DNA of 64,000 nt, from NCBI GenBank assembly GCA_024102635.1, contig JAGFJO010000006.1, positions 45,909 to 109,908 of the forward strand, read 5' to 3'. A program made the position numbers and the translations under genes. The stretch comes from Deltaproteobacteria bacterium. GTDB taxonomy: Bacteria > Bdellovibrionota_C > UBA2361 > JAGFJO01. The notes below the pieces were generated by a model that ran no database searches, was not told the DNA's origin, and worked only from the letters and a program-made list of their open reading frames with translations. The stretch's first letter is position 1; the number at the start of each line of letters is the position of its first letter. Positions 61,127-64,000 of the stretch are shown here, piece by piece.

Positions 61127-62263
61127 ATGAAAGTTCCACTACTTGACTTAAAAGCTCAACTGACTCCGCTTGAAAACGAGATTAAACAGGCCGTAATGGA
61201 GGTGATCGACTCGACCCATTACATTATGGGCCCTAAGGTTGAAGAACTCGAGAAGAAGGTGGCCGAATACAGCGAAGTTAAGGAAGGCATCGGGGTCTCT
61301 TCTGGTACTGATGCTCTTCTGGTGGCGCTAATGGCCCTGGACGTAAAGCACGGCGACATTGTAATTACCACTCCCTATTCGTTCTTCGCCTCGGCCGGAG
61401 TGATAGCTAGATTGGGAGCCACTCCCGTATTCGTCGATATCCTCCCGGACACATACAACATCGACCCGTCCGCACTCCAGGCATGGTTCGAAAAGGAAAA
61501 AGAGCTACGAGCAAAGGTAAAGGCGATAATCCCCGTCCACCTGTATGGACAGACCGCCGAAATGGATCCGATTTTGGAGGTGGCAGAAAAATACAACGTT
61601 CCGGTCATCGAAGATGCAGCGCAAGCGATCGGCGCCACCTATCCGTCAAAAAGCGGCACAAAGAAGGCCGGAAGCATGGGGCTTATGGGATGTTTCTCAT
61701 TCTTTCCCAGCAAAAATTTGGGGGGCGTGGGTGACGGCGGAATGGTAGTAACTAATGACGGTGAGCTGGCGGAGAAGCTCCGCAAGCTTAGAAACCACGG
61801 GGCCAAGCCGAAGTATTATCATGCAATGATCGGCGGAAACTTTAGGCTAGATCCGATTCAGGCCGCCGTACTGCTTGTAAAGCTGCCGCATCTTGAGAGC
61901 TGGCATATGCAACGCAGGGAAAACGCTCACAGATACGATGAGCTGATTTTATCTCCGAAGGTTAAAAAGCCGGTGTCGCGTTACGGACGGCAGCACCACA
62001 TATTCAACCAATATGTTTTGAGCGTTGACGATCGTAGAGATGAATTCCGTCAGTTCTTAACCAGTAATAATATCGGTAACGAGGTCTACTACCCGGTCTC
62101 CTTTCATGAGCAGGAGTGCTTCAAGTATCTCGGATATGCTAAGGGCAGCTTTCCAAACAGCGAGCATGCCGCGCGTCATACCATAGCGCTTCCAATATAT
62201 CCGGAACTGACGCGCGAAATGCAGGAATATGTTGCAGGAAAGGTGAAGGAGTTCTATGGATAA
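61127..62263 (+). CDS. DegT/DnrJ/EryC1/StrS family sugar aminotransferase (WbpE-like)
   Basis: [11 protein letters not shown] start, PLP-Lys region [15 protein letters not shown], and a conserved C-terminal fold. Confidence 0.85.
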   Translation: MKVPLLDLKAQLTPLENEIKQAVMEVIDSTHYIMGPKVEELEKKVAEYSEVKEGIGVSSGTDALLVALMALDVKHGDIVITTPYSFFASAGVIARLGATPVFVDILPDTYNIDPSALQAWFEKEKELRAKVKAIIPVHLYGQTAEMDPILEVAEKYNVPVIEDAAQAIGATYPSKSGTKKAGSMGLMGCFSFFPSKNLGGVGDGGMVVTNDGELAEKLRKLRNHGAKPKYYHAMIGGNFRLDPIQAAVLLVKLPHLESWHMQRRENAHRYDELILSPKVKKPVSRYGRQHHIFNQYVLSVDDRRDEFRQFLTSNNIGNEVYYPVSFHEQECFKYLGYAKGSFPNSEHAARHTIALPIYPELTREMQEYVAGKVKEFYG

Positions 62264-63863
62264 AAAAATATGCGTAGTCGGCGTAGGCCGTTGGGGTAAA
62301 AATCACGTTCGAACTCTCGCCGATCTCGGCGCGCTAGCCGGAATAGTTGACACCAACACCGATTCAATCAAGTGGTTTAAGGAGAAGTACCCCGGTGTTC
62401 AAACATTTGCTTCTTTAGATGAAGCTTTGCAGGCGCCAATTGATGGATTTACCGTCGCGACCCCCGGAGAGACGCATTTCGCTATTGCAAAGAAAATTTT
62501 GCAAGCAGGAAAACCGGCGCTGGTGGAGAAACCGCTGACGCTTGAACTTTCACAATCCCGCGAGCTACGAGACCTGGCGAAAAGCAAGAACTTAACGCTG
62601 ATGGTCGGCCATGTGATGCTCTTCCATCCCGCTATCAGAAAGATTCGGGAATTAATCAAGTCGGGCAAGATCGGCAAATTGCAGTATCTCTACAGCAACC
62701 GCCTTAACTTGGGAACGGTCCGTACTGAAGAGAATATTTTGCTGAGCTTGGCCCCGCATGACATCTCTATATTCCAGTATATAATCGGCGATGAACCGCT
62801 CGAGGTCATCTCGCAAGGCGGAGCGTTCGTTCAGCCGCACATACATGACTCAACCCTTACTATCCTCAAGTATCCCAACAATGTCGTTGCTCACATTTTC
62901 GTGAGCTGGCTGCATCCCTTTAAAGAGCAGCGTCTCGTGGTGATAGGCTCCAAGGGAATGCTTTCCTTTGAGGACTCCACCAAAGAGAAGAACATCCTCT
63001 TTTATGAAAAGGGAGTGGACTGGGTGAACGGTGAGCCCGTTAGCCGCGATGGCACAACAGATATCATTCCTTACGATAAAGAGATGCCTCTCACGGAGGA
63101 GATGCGCTACTTTATTAATAATTTAGACAGCGGGAGCGCTGAGATCGCCGGGCCCGATAGCGCTGTAGAGACAATGGAGATACTGGCGCGAGCATCCAAG
63201 AGCCTGCTTCATTCAGGCGAGAGATCGCTTAATAACGTGTCATCTCCTGCAGCTAGCAGGGAGTTTTTTGTTCATCCAACGAGTATAATAGATAACGACG
63301 TTGCTATAGGCTCAGGCACAAAGATATGGCATTTTTCCCATATCCAGCCGAACGTCTCGATAGGCTCCAACTGCTCTCTTGGGCAGAACGTTAACGTTGG
63401 AAATAACGTTAAGATCGGCAACCACGTGAAGATTCAGAATAATGTCTCCATTTATGAAGGAGTCGAGCTCGAGGACTATGTCTTTTGCGGCCCCTCCATG
63501 GTTTTTACCAATATTCTTAACCCGAGAAGCAAATATCCTCAGCGCGGCGCAAAATTTTACAAGCGCACGCTGGTGCGGGAAGGCGCCTCCATAGGGGCGA
63601 ACGCGACCATCGTGTGCGGCACAACTATAGGGAGGCACGCATTCATAGCTGCCGGCGCCGTAATTACCAAGGATGTTCCCGACTATGCGCTGATGGCAGG
63701 CGTTCCGGCCAAACAGAAGGGATGGATGTGCGAATGCGGCGAGTCGCTAAGTCTGAATTCGGATAATGCAAAATGCTCGAAGTGCTCAAGGAACTATCTG
63801 CTCAAAAACGGTGCTCTAGAAGAAAAGAGCCCGTCCGCCCATGAGTCGGGCAAGGCAGCTTAG
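62256..63863 (+). CDS. tri-domain fusion: Gfo/Idh/MocA oxidoreductase + left-handed beta-helix (hexapeptide) N-acetyltransferase + C-terminal zinc ribbon
   Basis: N-terminal [13 protein letters not shown] Rossmann and an EKPL catalytic region. Residues ~350-480 are hexapeptide repeats ([49 protein letters not shown]). It ends with CECGES...CSKCS. It overlaps degT by 8 nt. Confidence 0.8.
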   Translation: MDKKICVVGVGRWGKNHVRTLADLGALAGIVDTNTDSIKWFKEKYPGVQTFASLDEALQAPIDGFTVATPGETHFAIAKKILQAGKPALVEKPLTLELSQSRELRDLAKSKNLTLMVGHVMLFHPAIRKIRELIKSGKIGKLQYLYSNRLNLGTVRTEENILLSLAPHDISIFQYIIGDEPLEVISQGGAFVQPHIHDSTLTILKYPNNVVAHIFVSWLHPFKEQRLVVIGSKGMLSFEDSTKEKNILFYEKGVDWVNGEPVSRDGTTDIIPYDKEMPLTEEMRYFINNLDSGSAEIAGPDSAVETMEILARASKSLLHSGERSLNNVSSPAASREFFVHPTSIIDNDVAIGSGTKIWHFSHIQPNVSIGSNCSLGQNVNVGNNVKIGNHVKIQNNVSIYEGVELEDYVFCGPSMVFTNILNPRSKYPQRGAKFYKRTLVREGASIGANATIVCGTTIGRHAFIAAGAVITKDVPDYALMAGVPAKQKGWMCECGESLSLNSDNAKCSKCSRNYLLKNGALEEKSPSAHESGKAA

Positions 63864-64000
63864 CGAACATTTAAACGCAACCGTTTAAGTAAAATCGCCA
63901 TATCTTTTCATGGGGGGAGTTACAGCACCCCATGGGGAGAGATTTAGTGCCGGCCAAGCGAACAAAAGCGAGTTTCCGCTTCTATCTTCCGCTACTTGCA

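Noticed and set aside
1-64000. CRISPR arrays, transposases, integrases, prophage modules, tRNA/rRNA genes
   Set aside because: No direct-repeat/spacer periodicity was seen. No ORFs have DDE, tyrosine or serine recombinase motifs. No GTTCRANYC T-loop or CCA-like tRNA signatures occur in intergenic DNA. The window appears to be core chromosome plus glycan-accessory genes.

Overview
This is a 64 kb bacterial chromosomal segment of roughly 52% GC that is densely coding. Gene content suggests a diderm (Gram-negative-type) organism, but phylum cannot be assigned from sequence alone. No rRNA, tRNA, CRISPR array, transposase, integrase or phage genes are visible.

Housekeeping content:
- B12-dependent methionine synthase metH.
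- A complete tryptophan operon, trpE-G-D-C-F-B-A, with a class I-beta DAHP synthase and pdxH at its 3' end.
- Class Ia ribonucleotide reductase nrdAB. NrdA carries three N-terminal ATP cones, and two NrdR-box palindromes lie upstream.
- feoAB, queF-queC-queE, kdsB, ispE, fabH-like, pirin and a CPA-type antiporter.

Accessory-looking content, which is the more interesting part, is dominated by cell-surface glycan machinery:
- Wzm/Wzt ABC exporter, where Wzt has a long C-terminal extension typical of the glycan-terminus-binding module.
- An O-antigen-ligase-like protein.
- A block at ~38.4-47.1 kb containing a YfhO-like GT-C membrane protein, two GT2s and a GT4. It also holds a SAM methyltransferase immediately followed by a translationally coupled kinase-like protein with a long C-terminal coiled coil. 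This looks like a split homolog of the WbdD kinase/methyltransferase chain-length ruler and terminator of ABC-transporter-dependent O-polysaccharide synthesis.
- An A10 homopolymer tract at the exact overlap of a coiled-coil ORF and a GT2 ORF in the same block. This is a candidate phase-variation or frameshift switch.
- A DegT aminotransferase plus a three-domain fusion (Gfo/Idh/MocA oxidoreductase, hexapeptide N-acetyltransferase, zinc ribbon) that resembles a fused WbpB-WbpD.

Other oddities:
- A secreted 12-Cys, Lys/Gly-tailed small protein next to a solitary type IV pilin.
- An untracked 51-aa TM plus GGCxxC protein translationally coupled to queF.
- A Trp-rich C-terminal repeat protein upstream of feoAB.
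- A candidate trp leader peptide.
- Several perfect palindromes and a tandem duplication in intergenic DNA.
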